The notes under the pieces: generated by a model
Told to the model about the DNA's origin: nothing
Seen by the model: only the letters and a program-made list of their open reading frames with translations
Database searches by the model: none
NCBI RefSeq assembly: GCF_000143415.4
Contig: NW_003314308.1
Location: 886,422 to 950,421, forward strand
Direction of reading: 5' to 3'
DNA length: 64,000 bases
DNA from: Selaginella moellendorffii
Lineage: Eukaryota; Plantae; Lycopodiophyta
Program-made: the position numbers and the translations under genes
Part shown: positions 1 to 11,928 of the stretch, in pieces
Layout: each line of letters begins with the position of its first letter
Position numbering within the stretch: position 1 is the stretch's first letter

Positions 1-439
1 TACATACAACACGAGCCTATAGTGAAGGAGTATTCCACTATACCCATTTCTGCTTTTCTAGATATGGAAGCAGAAGAAGATTGAATATATACTGATTTTA
101 ATATAAATTATGTTGTTTAATATATTATTTTCTTTCTTTGTAGACTAAAAGATTAGTTCGTGTCGAACCAATAATTTACATGAGCTTATGGAATACCTTA
201 AACACCTAGATTTTATGTTAAAAATTCTTGGTTTGGGACAAACTAAGGTAGTGCCATTAAACTTTCGTTAGTTAGGGGATTGTATTGACTTCCTTTGACT
301 TTTGTTGACTTTCATTGACTTGAGCTCAACTCAAAAACTACCCAGCCTTTAAAGTCACATTTGCGATAAATGAGCACAAAACAATCGATGAATGAGTCTC
401 TAAAAAGGGATATAAGAAGGACTAATACATGGCAAGTGT

Positions 440-1504
440 TGTGACATATGGAAATGTCAGGAATAAGTCTAAGATGGAGTTCGAGATGGACTCTAAGATG
501 GAGTTTGAGATGGACTTGAGATAGAGTCCGAAATGGACATGAGATGGAGTTTGAGATAGACTTAAGATGGACTCAAGATGGAGTTTAAAATGGACCCAAG
601 ATGGAGTCCAAGGTCAAGTCCAAGATGGACCCAAGATGGAGTTCCAGGTCGAGTCCCAAATAGGTTTGAGATGGAGTCTGAGACCGAGATCGAGACCAAG
701 ACCGAGGCCAAGACCGAGACCGAGACTGAGTCCAAGTCTAAGAGTGAAAGCCCAAAGTGATCATCTCCCAAACCCTAGGAGGTTTGGTGAGCTCCAAAAG
801 TATAGTAAGGGGAGGACTCCAATGGAGCCAGTTTGGCCAGAAAAGGCTAGTGTAACCAAGAAAGGCTATACCCACATATTGGGTGATGATATAACCATTA
901 AAGAGTCCAAGGTTAAAATGAATATGGACAGACAAGTGGGGTAGCTTGGTGAAGTATTCAAGAGCTGGCTTTAGCTTTCCCGGGAGATTGAATGATTGAT
1001 GCTCCCAATTCAAGTGTGGATAGCACTATTTACTTGGATACCTGGCATGGCTCATCGGAACTTCACTCTAGCCACATGGCTAGGGCATCTAAGGGCAGAA
1101 GATGGGGAGTATACCCACAAGGCTTATATAGGGCCACAATGTTTCAAAATGTCATCTTAAAATCCCAGACTATAGAAAGGAAGAGGAGCAATCCTCTGGT
1201 GTAATAACCAAGGTTACGGTTGTATGGTGAGGAAATCCTAAAGGACAGTAGAACTTAGTAGTCAGGCCTTTGGGCCTTGATCTAGTGGTAGTGTTGGTGA
1301 GCATGGTTATGAATGAAGAGAGACTTGGTGGGGACAGAATAAAGGATATTGGAGAAGGGTGTTCCCCATGTCTCCAAACATCCTAAGGGTGTTAAGGTGT
1401 GGTTGAGAGATGACCACTCATGGATGGATAGCCCAATCTTTGAGAGACAAGATTGTGATACAAGTGGTCTTAGACTATTGATTTGATAAAGGTGAATGGG
1501 CATG
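440..1504 (+). mobile_element. Diverged, 3'-truncated LTR of the same Ty3/Gypsy-derived family as 15689-16668
   Basis: ~765-1504 aligns by eye with the LTR at ~15700-16436 (e.g. GGGTAGCTTGGTGAAGT, GGGCCTTGATCTAGTGG, AAAGGTGAATGGGCATG). Homology stops exactly where the left TIR begins. The 5' start (TGTGACAT at 440) is tentative. Confidence 0.75.
472..740 (+). repeat. Minisatellite: ~11-bp (A/G)AGATGGA(C/G)T(C/T)N units grading into 6-bp GAGACC units
   Basis: Direct reading: many AGATGGAGT/AGATGGACT units at 472-680, then GAGACC/AAGACC units to ~730. Confidence 0.85.
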
Positions 1505-1528
1505 AAGCTCTATTTCATTAAAGTGGGA
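1504..1528 (+). repeat. Left terminal inverted repeat GAAGCTCTATTTCATTAAAGTGGGA
   Basis: Reverse complement of 15094-15118 with one mismatch. The true end may be 1504 or 1505. Confidence 0.9.
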
Positions 1529-2164
1529 TTTATTCAGTAAAATGGGACTAGGTACAAATTTTCAAGTATTTGAAAATGACGTGAAATTATATGTTTTTTG
1601 TCCAGGGGCTAGACATATCTGGGGCATGGTGACTAGCGCGGTGACTTTGTGTCCAGACTGAGTCCATCTGGTTGTATAATAAATCTCATTGTCAAGGTGA
1701 ACAAGCCGAATCTAAAGCTAAAGAAGAGCGATGGCATGCACGCACACACTATTTGTTTGTTCATTGAGCGTGTGGTGAGCTTTCCAAGATGAACGTCATT
1801 CCTATTAGCCAGACATATAACTTAATGATGAGAACATTTAGATATTATTCAATGTTATCTTTTTCTAACGAATCTAATTGTGAAGGTGTAGCAAGAGGCA
1901 TTGCTAGTCTGGAGAAGTCATTTAACTCATTTGACCCTTAGTGTATTTTCATGAAACTAAATAACATTCATATTATTAAGGAATTTCTCTAGTACCTTTT
2001 TTTTACGACATAGAGGCTTGCATTTCTTTCAAAGGTGATTTAGTAAAAGGCCTGAGGGCACATGCCATTTTATTTCTCAGACCGGTATTAAGATATACTA
2101 GTGCAAAGGGAAAAAAGTATTTGGTGATCAAGTAAATGGCATGAGGGCACACGCCATTATAAGC

Positions 2165-2524
2165 CTAAGCGCTAGTGGACACCTCCTTTTTGGTACTCTC
2201 AGTGGTACTATCATCCTTCTCCGGGTCAGTTGTTTTGCTTTGGATTGTTGTCTCTGACGTTACTGGGGCGTTCTCGATAGTTGTTAATGTTGCCGTTTGT
2301 TCAGAAAAATGATCACCTGGAGTATAGTACGGGGAGTTTGGAAGACTTATATATTCTACATCTTCACCTATCTCCTTCTCCGTCTCCTTTTCTGCCTCAC
2401 TTACAGATTTTGTGCTTGCCATGAGAACGCTCTTCACCCTAAAATATGGAGTTCGTTGTGTTATAAAAGGAAACCAACACACACGCTGCAAGGGAATGAT
2501 GGTACATAAAGCATATAAGCCCAC
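2165..2524 (-). other. Short acidic/Thr-rich ORF in the transposon left arm, possible exon of a third element gene
   Basis: 119-aa ORF (MASTKSVSEAEKETEKEIGEDVEYISLPNSPYY...) with protein-like composition. No domain recognised. Confidence 0.3.
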
Positions 2525-3135
2525 AATATGGGTTTATGTGCCATTAATATGGGCCACATGCCATATTATTAGATTTATGCACGTGTGATTGGTAAATGCA
2601 TATGTCACATCATCTTTGTTTTACCTCACACACTATATCAGGCCTAATGAACCATATCACATGTGCGCACATGCTATATATATGGAGAAGTATTATGCAA
2701 GGATAGAAAAATTCAATGCATGATTGTGGAGAGCAATGGCATGAAGCCACATGCTAAATAACATTTTAGAGAAAGAATTAAAATAGAAACATGCAAACAG
2801 TACTGAGTGGACCAAGACTTAGAAGTGCACAATTGAATGAGGTATTTCTAATAAATATTTCACTCACCTCATATAGGAATGGCTACCACTCTCAAATGGC
2901 GTATCGCCTCATACCATCACCTCGCAATTTGTTATAACAATCCGATGAATTCATATTCAGCTTGTTCACCTTGAACTTTAAGTAAGATTTGCTAGAACAA
3001 CTAAGAATTTATACTTGTTATTTGTATCATCTCACCTAGGAATGGCGTAAGGCCACATGCCATCACGCCTCCTCTGATTCAGATTCGGATTGTTCACCTT
3101 GAAATAAAATACATTAGAAACTTAGTAAAGGAATA

Positions 3136-5916
3136 TTAATGAATCTCACCTTGAACCCGGGTTATGAATGCTCTTGCTGCATCTCTTGCATGGTCTGACA
3201 AGGTGATGGTGGCACTCTGCTTCCGCATCCAACCATACACAACATTATCCACCAATATGCTCATGCTGGGATCCCTTGGATTCAGCACCCATCTCTTTTC
3301 TAGGCAATCCTTCGTATATCCGGAACTTGGCTTGAACCACTCCACAGTTACATTGAAGGAGTTAATTTCCACGTCCTCCTCTGCATCAGTGATGCAGCGC
3401 CCCACCCATATCATTTGTTTTTTATTACTGGGTCTGACAAGCATGACCATTCCTTTGCAGACCTGTACTGGATTGAATGCTGAATCCGGCTTCTTGTTCC
3501 TCGGCCCACAATAGTGATCCTCAACATCGTTATCTGTCACTGCATTTCCAGAGGACATTGTTCCGCTACTATCTGGTGCTCTGGGTTCTGGCCAAAAGGA
3601 CTCTTCCAATTCTTCATATACAACCGGCCCATTTTGGATAGCAGATATAATCTTCTCCCAGTATTTGAGCAAAGGCTTGCACCTTTGAAAATAGGATTCT
3701 CCACCAAACACCAACCCCCTATTCCAAAAGGCAATATGCTATCTAATCCCGGCCACTATACTTTCTTGGTCTTTGAGTCCATCCGGGTGCATCGGCCGTG
3801 GGGAACCCTGAGGAATTATAGGTTCCCCAGTTATGGGATCTCTCTTGAAGAGTTCAATGCCGTCCACTGGCAGCCACATTGTGTCCCATTCTCTCATCTT
3901 GTACCTCATCACTGGAGCACCGTCATGCATGCTGAAATGAAACTGAAGAGGCTTGGAGTGGCCAATCAGCATTTCGGATCCGTCCCTGATGTAGCCTCTT
4001 ACAAACCCCTTAAAGTCTAGAACCTCTGTCAGAAGTGCAGCTTCAACAGTGCCTTTGATGCAATTTTGGAATTCATCATAGAGTCGTGGGAGGGTGAGGA
4101 CATTGGATCGCCGGAGGGACTCTGCCAGGTGATTGAACATGGCATCGACGTCTTCATGAGTGTGCCCAACCATGAGAAAGCCAAGTGTAACCGTTTCAAA
4201 TATGCCTTTGGCAACAAGCATCGCCAAGTACGCGAAGACGTACATGTTTTTGTTTTCACTGCCAGCATTGTCTGTTTGGAGCAGAAGATGGGGTGGAAGG
4301 CCACATCGGCCGCAAGAACTTCCTTGAGATTCTGCTTCGTTTGGATGAGGCTGTGCATTCACTGGGCGACCAGCCTCGTCGGAATGGCATGAGGCCTCAC
4401 GTGATAACCCTACAATCTGACGGCCAACATATTCACTGGGATGGCATGGGGCCCCACGCGATACTGCAAGCCTTTACTCCTCCTCCAGCTGAACCTTGTA
4501 TAGGGTTCGATCGACAAGGGCCTTATGCAAGGGTTGGCCGTTCAGCTCAGTCTGCACACTTTGCAGAGACCTTAAGTGTTTTGCTAGGGACGCAATCATC
4601 ATGTTTGCACCCCCGCCACCCCATAGAGGGACAAAGAAGTTCCCATAGTTCTGGGCACCATGCCCATGAGCGATTATGCCAAACAGAGACACAGGCAGCT
4701 GCATGGATGAAGAGATTGCCTTGGGGGCAGGATTGAGTCGAGGTAAGCACGTCTTTTTCTGGTCCATTTTGTCGTGGATGATGCAGAGGTAAGTCCTGCA
4801 GCTTCTCTGCTCGATGTTGTGGTCGAGCCGCCTTCTAACCAACGTCTCTTGCTCTTGAGCGATGCAAGAATTCTTCGACAAAGCCATTTTGATAGCAGTG
4901 CACTCGTCACACTTTGAAAAGCTGGAGTACTTTCCTATACTCACATCCCTGAACCTGTTGCTCCATAATCTACTAAATCTAGATTGGCTCAGCTTCCTAT
5001 AACCATTACTCTGGAGTTCCCGATTCACATCTTCCAATATGGCCCCCTTGGTATACATGGAAGGGAGAACTCGTTGGGTGTCTCGAGTTCCATCTTCCAA
5101 GAGGCGGGTTTTATGTGGTTGCTGCTCGCTACATGTCTCGACAAATCTCTTGAAGATTGCCTCTCCATATACAACATGACCCCTGGTTTTGTGAGTACCG
5201 TCGTTCCCATGGACTGCCTGTTGAACCCTTTGTTCCTCGAACTCAGTTTTGATTCTGTAGAATGTGGTTCGAGGGACTCCATAAATGATTCTTCATGCCT
5301 TCATGCAGACCAAACCCCTTTGGAAGACCATGCCCCCCACCTGATGTTCTGAAGCATCAACAGATGACCGTAATGCCTCATACACAAAATTGCGAGCTGC
5401 CTTCCAGGACAATGTCTTGTATCTTGCTCTCTCCTTTTCAATAGCATCCCAATCACCATGTTGACAGCACCTTCTCTTGCAACAAGCAACTGTCGAGACC
5501 ATTCGAACCTCCATCGCCATTTTCTGCCTTTTCGGTTCGTTGCTCAGATCCCTTTGGCTGCGCTTTAGGAAGGTGTACTTTCTTTTCCCATGAAGAGATG
5601 TTCTGTCATCAGTTGTAATGGTGTTTGATTGTGAATCCTTCACATTCTCAAACACTAAGTGCCTCAATTTCCACCGCACAATGCTTCCAATAGTCAGACT
5701 GTTTTCTTCTGTGTCAACAACCTTTAAAATCGCAACTCCAATATTATCCCAGCCCAATTATTGATTAGCAACCGCATCTCTTGGATCGACAACTATGGCT
5801 AAGCCCTTAGCTACCACCTCCCCCTCGAGGTTGTTTAGAAACACTTTTGCCTGAATCCATGTAGCACGGTTCTTAAGATCCACAGAGGGAACATGCGTTG
5901 CACTTGCGGAGGCCAT
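3136..5916 (-). pseudogene. Transposase pseudogene: Tnp1/En/Spm-like N-terminal domain, Cys-rich region, DUF7869-type DDE-like core, C-terminal SH3/BAH-like domain
   Basis: ORFs 5293-5757, 4474-5100, 3739-4362 and 3136-3714 are all in one frame from ATG 5916, giving ~926 codons with four in-frame stops (5758, 5293, 4474, 3739). Motifs: CCKRRCC, FSKCDECT, IIHDKMDQKK, LQTDNAGSENKN, FLMVGHTHEDVDAMF. Confidence 0.88.
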
Positions 5917-6104
5917 TCTGAAAGTGCAGAAAAGAAGTTAAGACCATACAAAAAATGATTGGAGAATGGCCTAAATCATAACATACCAAACAACCTCAAT
6001 AGCATGAGGCCACATGCCATTATTCAAACATGCTATTGACACCCACGTGAAATTTCGCATTCACAAAATTGGCATGAGCCCTCATGCCATTAGTGGTACC
6101 ACTA

Positions 6105-6292
6105 ATGGCATGAGGCCTCACGCTATCTTTGGCCCCTGCTAGCCTGTTGCTATATTCCTTTTGCCTTGCTGCAACTGTATATATTTTTGTGTGCGTGACT
6201 AGTCACCCATACAAAAATATATACAATTGCAGCAAGGCAAAAGGAATATGGCAATAGGCTAGCAGGGGCCAAAGATGGCATGCTCATGCCAT
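6105..6292. repeat. Long near-perfect inverted repeat (hairpin) upstream of the transposase
   Basis: 6125-6276 is self-complementary around GACTAGTC (~6200): ATCTTTGGCCCCTGCTAGCC...GGCTAGCAGGGGCCAAAGAT. It is capped on each side by a family palindrome. Confidence 0.92.
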
Positions 6293-6483
6293 CTTGATAT
6301 ACACACAGCTGCAGGCAAGTAAAAACATACATGACAATACGCTAGCCATGAAATTGCAAGGGCCCAAGATGGCATGTGGCCTCATGCCATTTCTAAATGT
6401 GGTCCTAAGCCATTCCATGGTGAACATACCAGGAAGCACAAGTGCCGAATATCAAGAGGAAGCGGTAGCCACACCAAAGACAG

Positions 6484-6620
6484 TGCCGCTCGCAACACCG
6501 CAACTACTCGTAGCGCCGCTCGCAACACCGCAACTGCTCGTAGCGCCGCTCGCACAAACTGCCACTCGCATAAACTGCCGCTCGCAATGGCGCTCGCAAT
6601 GCCGCAACCGCTCGTAGACG
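6484..6620. repeat. GC-rich tandem repeat (30-bp GCCGCTCGCAACACCGCAACTRCTCGTAGC units and decayed copies)
   Basis: Direct reading; it translates as repeated PLATPQLLVA. Confidence 0.8.
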
Positions 6621-6980
6621 CATAAACCACAACTCACAACGCCGCTTACACAAGCAGCGCTCACTGCGCTCAGCGGAACCAAGAACACGGCGCACAAAAA
6701 TGATAGACCTAGGAATGAGTTCGAGAATTCAAAAATAACACACGCTTGAACGTCACATCAAATCCTCTGACAAACCAGATCTTATGATTCCTCTGACAAA
6801 TTTCAAACTGAGTAGCTTCTAGACTTTGCTGTCGGAGGTTGAACTTTGTCACATCATGTCCTTGCCTCGATCCAGCTGTGCCATGTCAGTGATTCGAACT
6901 TTGCCATGCCATGTCAGCGATCCGCGCCAAGATTATTCGCCGTGTAAAGGAATAATTATGCTGTGTGTGTACATCCATTT

Positions 6981-8330
6981 ATGGCAATATAAGGCCACAC
7001 GCCATTCAAAGAATAATGCTAGTCGAGCATTTTTTGGTGCATTTTTGGGTTCAAAATTGCATGAGCCCACACGCTATAAAGTTTACCTGTACCAAAAATA
7101 GAAACAGCTTTATTTACTTGGGAATTTAAGTGGTTGAGGCATTTTTAAACTTACAAACACATGCCCTACTTACATTCCTTTGGTTGCTTAAAATTCAAAA
7201 ATATTATAAACCTTTCTTTTTGCATTTTCAATGTTTTCAATTATGGTTTTTGATTTTCGCAGGACCAGCCTAGTAATCTATTTGCATCCCGTCATGTTTA
7301 TAGCTAGCTTTCGTTTGTCCCCTTCGCTAGCCTGAGATACATCTGCTCGGCATCTGCCTCTTACAGCATTTGCCCAGAAAGGGCATCTTTCTTCACGCAG
7401 CATTTGCCACATGTTTAGGGTTTAGGGTTTAGCAATTCAGTAGCTTGATAAACATGCAAATACAGAACTTGATGCAAAATCCTTTGATATGTCACAATGC
7501 CCCTAGGACCATAAACACATTTCAATAGAGAGGGTCCTTTCATTTCATAACTCCTTACGTAGATCTTGGTGAAACCAGAGTTAGTGAAGTTGGTTTTTTG
7601 TGATCCCGCATCTGATTGTGGTGTCCCTTTGCAGTGTCAATGGAAAGGTCAATGCACACCAAACTGTAGAATCTTTGAGCAAAATAACGGTTGGATCTAT
7701 GGCAAATGCCCCTGAAACATTGTAAGGCTCGTGTGGTCTCATGTGGTGTCCGATCGAGATGCTTCTCTGCAGGGTCATCAAGAAGGGCATTGTATACCAT
7801 TCTGTAAAATCTAGTTGCGATCTAACGGTTAGATCTCCAGAAAACTCAAAAAAATCTCGCGCGTGTCAGAATATCCTAGGAATATACTCTTATGTGCCCC
7901 TGAAAATGGCATGCGGCCCCACGCCATTCAAGAGATAACGCCAGATGACGCCGAGAATTTTTTGGTGCATTTTTTGGGTTCAAAATTGCATGAGCCCACA
8001 CGCTATAAAGTTTATCTTTGCCAAATAGAGAAAAGTTTATCTGTGTCATGTGAGGTAGTTACAGTCCTTTGTGCTCGGCATCTGCCTCTTGCAGCATTTA
8101 CACTGAAAGGGAATTTTTCTCCATTCAGCATTTGGCCCTGAAAATGGCATGTGCCCACACGCCATTCAAGGAATAACGCCACAGGACGCCTGGATTTTTG
8201 GGTTTAAAATGTTTAGGGTTTTTTGGGTTTTTTCAAAATATTTTGGGTCCAACGTTTTTTGGGTTACTTTGGTTCAAAATTGCATGAGCCCACACGCTAT
8301 AATATTGATTTGAGAGAAAAATAGAAACAG
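6981..8330 (+). repeat. Three copies of a ~120-190 bp module, each holding two family palindromes
   Basis: Modules at ~6981-7105, ~7906-8035 and ~8144-8330 share CACGCCATTCAA...GGTTCAAAATTGCATGAGCCCACACGCTATAA. Confidence 0.85.
7414..7432 (+). repeat. Interstitial plant telomeric / telo-box motif (TTTAGGG)2.7
   Basis: TTTAGGGTTTAGGGTTTAG; a single degenerate copy also lies near 8212. Confidence 0.7.
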
Positions 8331-8639
8331 ATAGAATTTCTTTATTTAGCTGAACATCTGCCATTTTTGGAAATACAAGATGCTTTCGAATATCCAATCA
8401 TGCATGGTATAAATATAGCAAGGGTATTAAATGATATCCCAATCATGATCTTTCTTTTGGATTTCGCGTGCATGCAGTCCGAGGAATGATGACGTTGCGG
8501 ATTTCTTTTGGATTTCACGTGCATGCATGCGCGCGGCGATCCAGAAATTAATGGTGGCGCCCAAGTCCGAGGAATGATGACGTGGCGGGATTACCAACCG
8601 TCGTGACATTTCGCGCGTGTGAGGTTAGGTTTTGCATTT

Positions 8640-8880
8640 GGCTTCGTACTCGTGCTCGCACACTCGCGCTCGCGCTCGCATCACACTCGCACTCGCGCTC
8701 GCATCACACTCGCGCTGGTGCTCGCATCACACTTGCGCTTGCATCGCACTCCCACTCGCGATCACGCTCACATTCGCGCTCATCTACCTTCTCTACAAGT
8801 TTCTCGTGTGCATCGGCGTCCACTCGCGCTTGCATCACACTCGCGCTCGCATCGCGCTCGTGTGCATCGGCATCCACTTC
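8640..8880. repeat. Low-complexity CACTCGCGCTCGCAT-type repeat upstream of the cargo gene
   Basis: Direct reading; explains several spurious RSHSR/ALAS ORFs. Confidence 0.8.
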
Positions 8881-9085
8881 AAGACACACCCAGTTTGTAA
8901 CTTCGCCGCCAACTCCGCCGCCCACTCCGCCACCCACACGCAGCCCACTTGGCGTCCCGGGAGATTTCAGCGCCACTCTCCAACTGTAAGTGGCAGAGTA
9001 GCCTTGCTGCTACGATCCGCTGCACACACAGTGCACATTCGCCAGCAAGTCCGGCCTCGATTGTCACGCCTCCATTCGGCTTCAA

Positions 9086-11858
9086 ATGGTAAGTCTTTTA
9101 GGCCAAGTAGAAAATGGCATGAGGCCACATGCCATTCAGTAGCAACATTGGCATGCACCGATTGGGCTCTCGAGTGCAGTCCGGTTACAGATGGCGTGTA
9201 GCCTCACGCCATCTTAGGATGCAGCCTCAAGACATCTGATGCAGTGGTGAATGGCGTGTGGCCTCACGTTATTTCCAGCTGCTAACTTTTCATCTATCAG
9301 CTCTAATTGTTGTGCATTTCTGAACAGGCGAGGAATTGCGTTCTTCTTCCAGCCACTGTCAATGTGGATGCAGAGAAGGGGGAAGAGCTCACCAGTTGGA
9401 CTTTTGGGATGGAAGGCGAGGATTTGAGGCTATACAACACAGATGGTGGGAGAAAAGAATGCATGGGGATCCTCATCCAAGTGACAGACACTCCATGCAG
9501 TTCCATGCAAGAATATGGACTGGCACTTGTGGTAGAGACAACGTCCGCCTTCAAGATCCACCTTGCACATCCTAGCGGCTTCCCGGAGGGGGGCAGCGGC
9601 TATGAGGAATTCCTAGAGGGAGCTAGGGAGAGGTTGTCAGGAGGCCTACAATTTCAAAGACGCTGCGGGTCTATGAAGATCACATGGAATCCACGGACCT
9701 CACCTACGGCGATGTTCAAAAACTATATTCCAACATTGAGCCGTTGAGAGTGCCTCCAGTTCGCGAAGCGAAGGGGAAGGGGGTCGATCTGGAAACTACC
9801 CCAAAGCAGAAAAGGGTGGTCAAGCTCAAGCCGACGTCCGACTCTCCTGGTCCAAAAAAGAAGCTACTCGGTGATGCCATTGCCTTGGGTTTGAACACTA
9901 CACCCACCAAAAAGAAGAGCTGCAAAGAGCAAAAAGAGCAAGAAGAGGCAGCAAAAATCGTCGCAGATAATAGTACTTGTTACTATTCCAACAAAGTATA
10001 TACAATCGACGTGAGCCGTATCGACATCCAAAGCAAATACAACCACAGGCTAGTATCTGATAAGTGGGTGGAGAAACTGAAGCAGAAGATGCTGGCAAGT
10101 CCAGTAACACCCGACATCGCAGACGTGATCCCCTACTACCGAACAATGAAGGGCGAGACGAGGTTTCCAGACTTGATCAATAGGAAGGTGTTGGACGATC
10201 AGAACATCCGGTTCTATGCCGTCTCCGGGCAGCATTCTAGTTTGGCGATGCAAGAGATAGTTGTGGATATTATAGTGGGCGAGGAGGTGAAGAAAGTCTT
10301 CAAGACAAGAGTTGTCCGCCTGATAAAAGGCAACTCGCCCCTCCGATCTATTATATCCATCTCCCACACGCAGAATGTCAAGCAAGAAACGTGCTACAAA
10401 TCGGGTCTGCACGAGACATTGGCACGAACACGGAAGCCCTGGGTTCAACTGAAGAAGCCACAAAAACCAAGACAAGGACGTGCACTAGCAACTAACGCCT
10501 GGTAGGTAAGCCTCGTTGCATGTGGCATAGCATGTGGCCTCACGCCATTTCCATTGCAGGAATTCTCGAGTCTTCTCTCGAAAACACTGGGGGTCAATGA
10601 CACACTCAGCATCCATAACATTCTACTCGCGACAAAAGTTGTTTTTGACAAATGGGTAGATGTGCTGAGGAGGTACCATGACGGGGAGTTGCTAAACTCA
10701 ATGGGTGTGGAGGACGGTCGGAAGCCCAATGATTTGAAGCTCAACGCCTTGCGTTTCTCGCGGTCTCTAGACGACGACGACCTTCTGACAGTGGCTAATG
10801 CTCTTCTACGTGGTGAGGTAGTCTTCAACAAGACCAAAATGACTCCCGGCCATATTGTAACATACGAGGACTTGTGCACGACTCTGAGAGCTTGTGTGCT
10901 ATTGAAGGATTGGATCTTCGAGCAAGTGGCCGTGAAGAGGGTGAGCATCGACACCACGCAAGAGATGATGGAAGAGCTAGAGTTGTCAAATGAAGACATC
11001 GACGAGTACGTGAAGGGGGCCCCCAAGTTCATCGATCTGCTGCGGGATGCCACCAAAAGTAAAGCTGAGAAGTTGGATCAGTATCCAAATTTCATTAAGA
11101 GGGATGTCGACTGCCGGCTTCAGAAACAGCTCAACCCCGCAGCAGAGGCCTATCGAGAACCTTACCGGGTATACGTGAATTCGGATGAGGATCAAAGGTG
11201 GAGGAGCATCGTTTCTCGCGGAGATGAGCAGGTCAAGAACATCTTTTATGTGATGGACTTCACAAACAAGGAGATCACTCATGCAGACGAAGTCAGCTCC
11301 ATCATTGACTTAATGGTGGGACTTGCGGAGGTGGAATCTTCAGTCCACTATATGATCTACGACTCTGAATCCTATCACAAGTTCTAGAAGGCCTTGAACG
11401 AGGTGAAGGCTCGGTTGAAAGGCAAGGAGATGCAAGAGATCCATGGGATAATGGCTAAGAAGAAGATACCGACGAATGTCTGCATCTTCACACTCGCCCT
11501 TGTTATTGGTCCTGCAGCAGAGTGGGACTGGAGTGGCTTCCCAGCTTCATTCGACAAGGCCGATCGAATTGATATGAGGGAGGTACCCGTGCCTGAGGAA
11601 TTGAAGACGGCTATGGAGCTTTCGAATCCAAAGAAAGCTCCAGGTGCAGCATGGGAAATGCTTAGCTGGGTCTTCAATGCAATAGCGGGTGGGTCACCTG
11701 CTTCTGACTCCAAGGGCAAATGTGTTGTCGAGTACAACTGCGGCAGACTATTCTTTCGAGCCACACTACTCAAGGGTGTCCCGTGTGTTGCGGTGACAAA
11801 CTCCATTGAAGAGGTGACTTCAATGGAGCATATAATTACAGTTGCCAAAGAAAAATAG
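9086..11858 (+). pseudogene. Transposon cargo gene: ParB/Srx-like domain fused to a degenerate beta-class N6A/N4C DNA-methyltransferase-like domain
   Basis: Predicted ATG micro-exon 9086-9088 and intron 9089-9327. Exon from 9328, frameshift near 9680, TAG at 10503, intron 10506-10559, TAG at 11385 with the frame continuing. ParB-like pattern: TIDVSRIDI..YNHRLVSDKWVEKLKQKM...FYAVSGQHSSLAMQEI. MTase-like pattern: KKAPGAAWEMLSWVF...KGKCVVEYNCGRLFFRATLLKGVPCVAV, compared with gdlVlDpFaGsGtt.vAa...gR.cigiE. Confidence 0.6.
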
Positions 11859-11928
11859 TATCTTCTCTGCGAACTTGGTGAGTACGCACTTTAAGTTTAA
11901 ATGTTATCTCACAAGCTCTGTATGCAGG

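Noticed and set aside
562-1503. Small protein-coding genes in LTR/minisatellite DNA (also 15660-16349 and 20578-21285)
   Set aside because: They fall within LTR copies, and the frames are not preserved consistently between copies.
1497-1504. Target-site duplication for the large DNA transposon
   Set aside because: Left flank (GGGCAT/G) and right flank (C/CTTGGG) share no direct repeat.
7414-7432. Telomere or chromosome-healing site
   Set aside because: Fewer than three repeat units, and internal to a transposon.
8582-9201. Ser/His/Arg-rich ORFs upstream of the cargo gene
   Set aside because: They derive from the low-complexity CACTCGCGCT repeat, are open in several frames and start at non-ATG codons.
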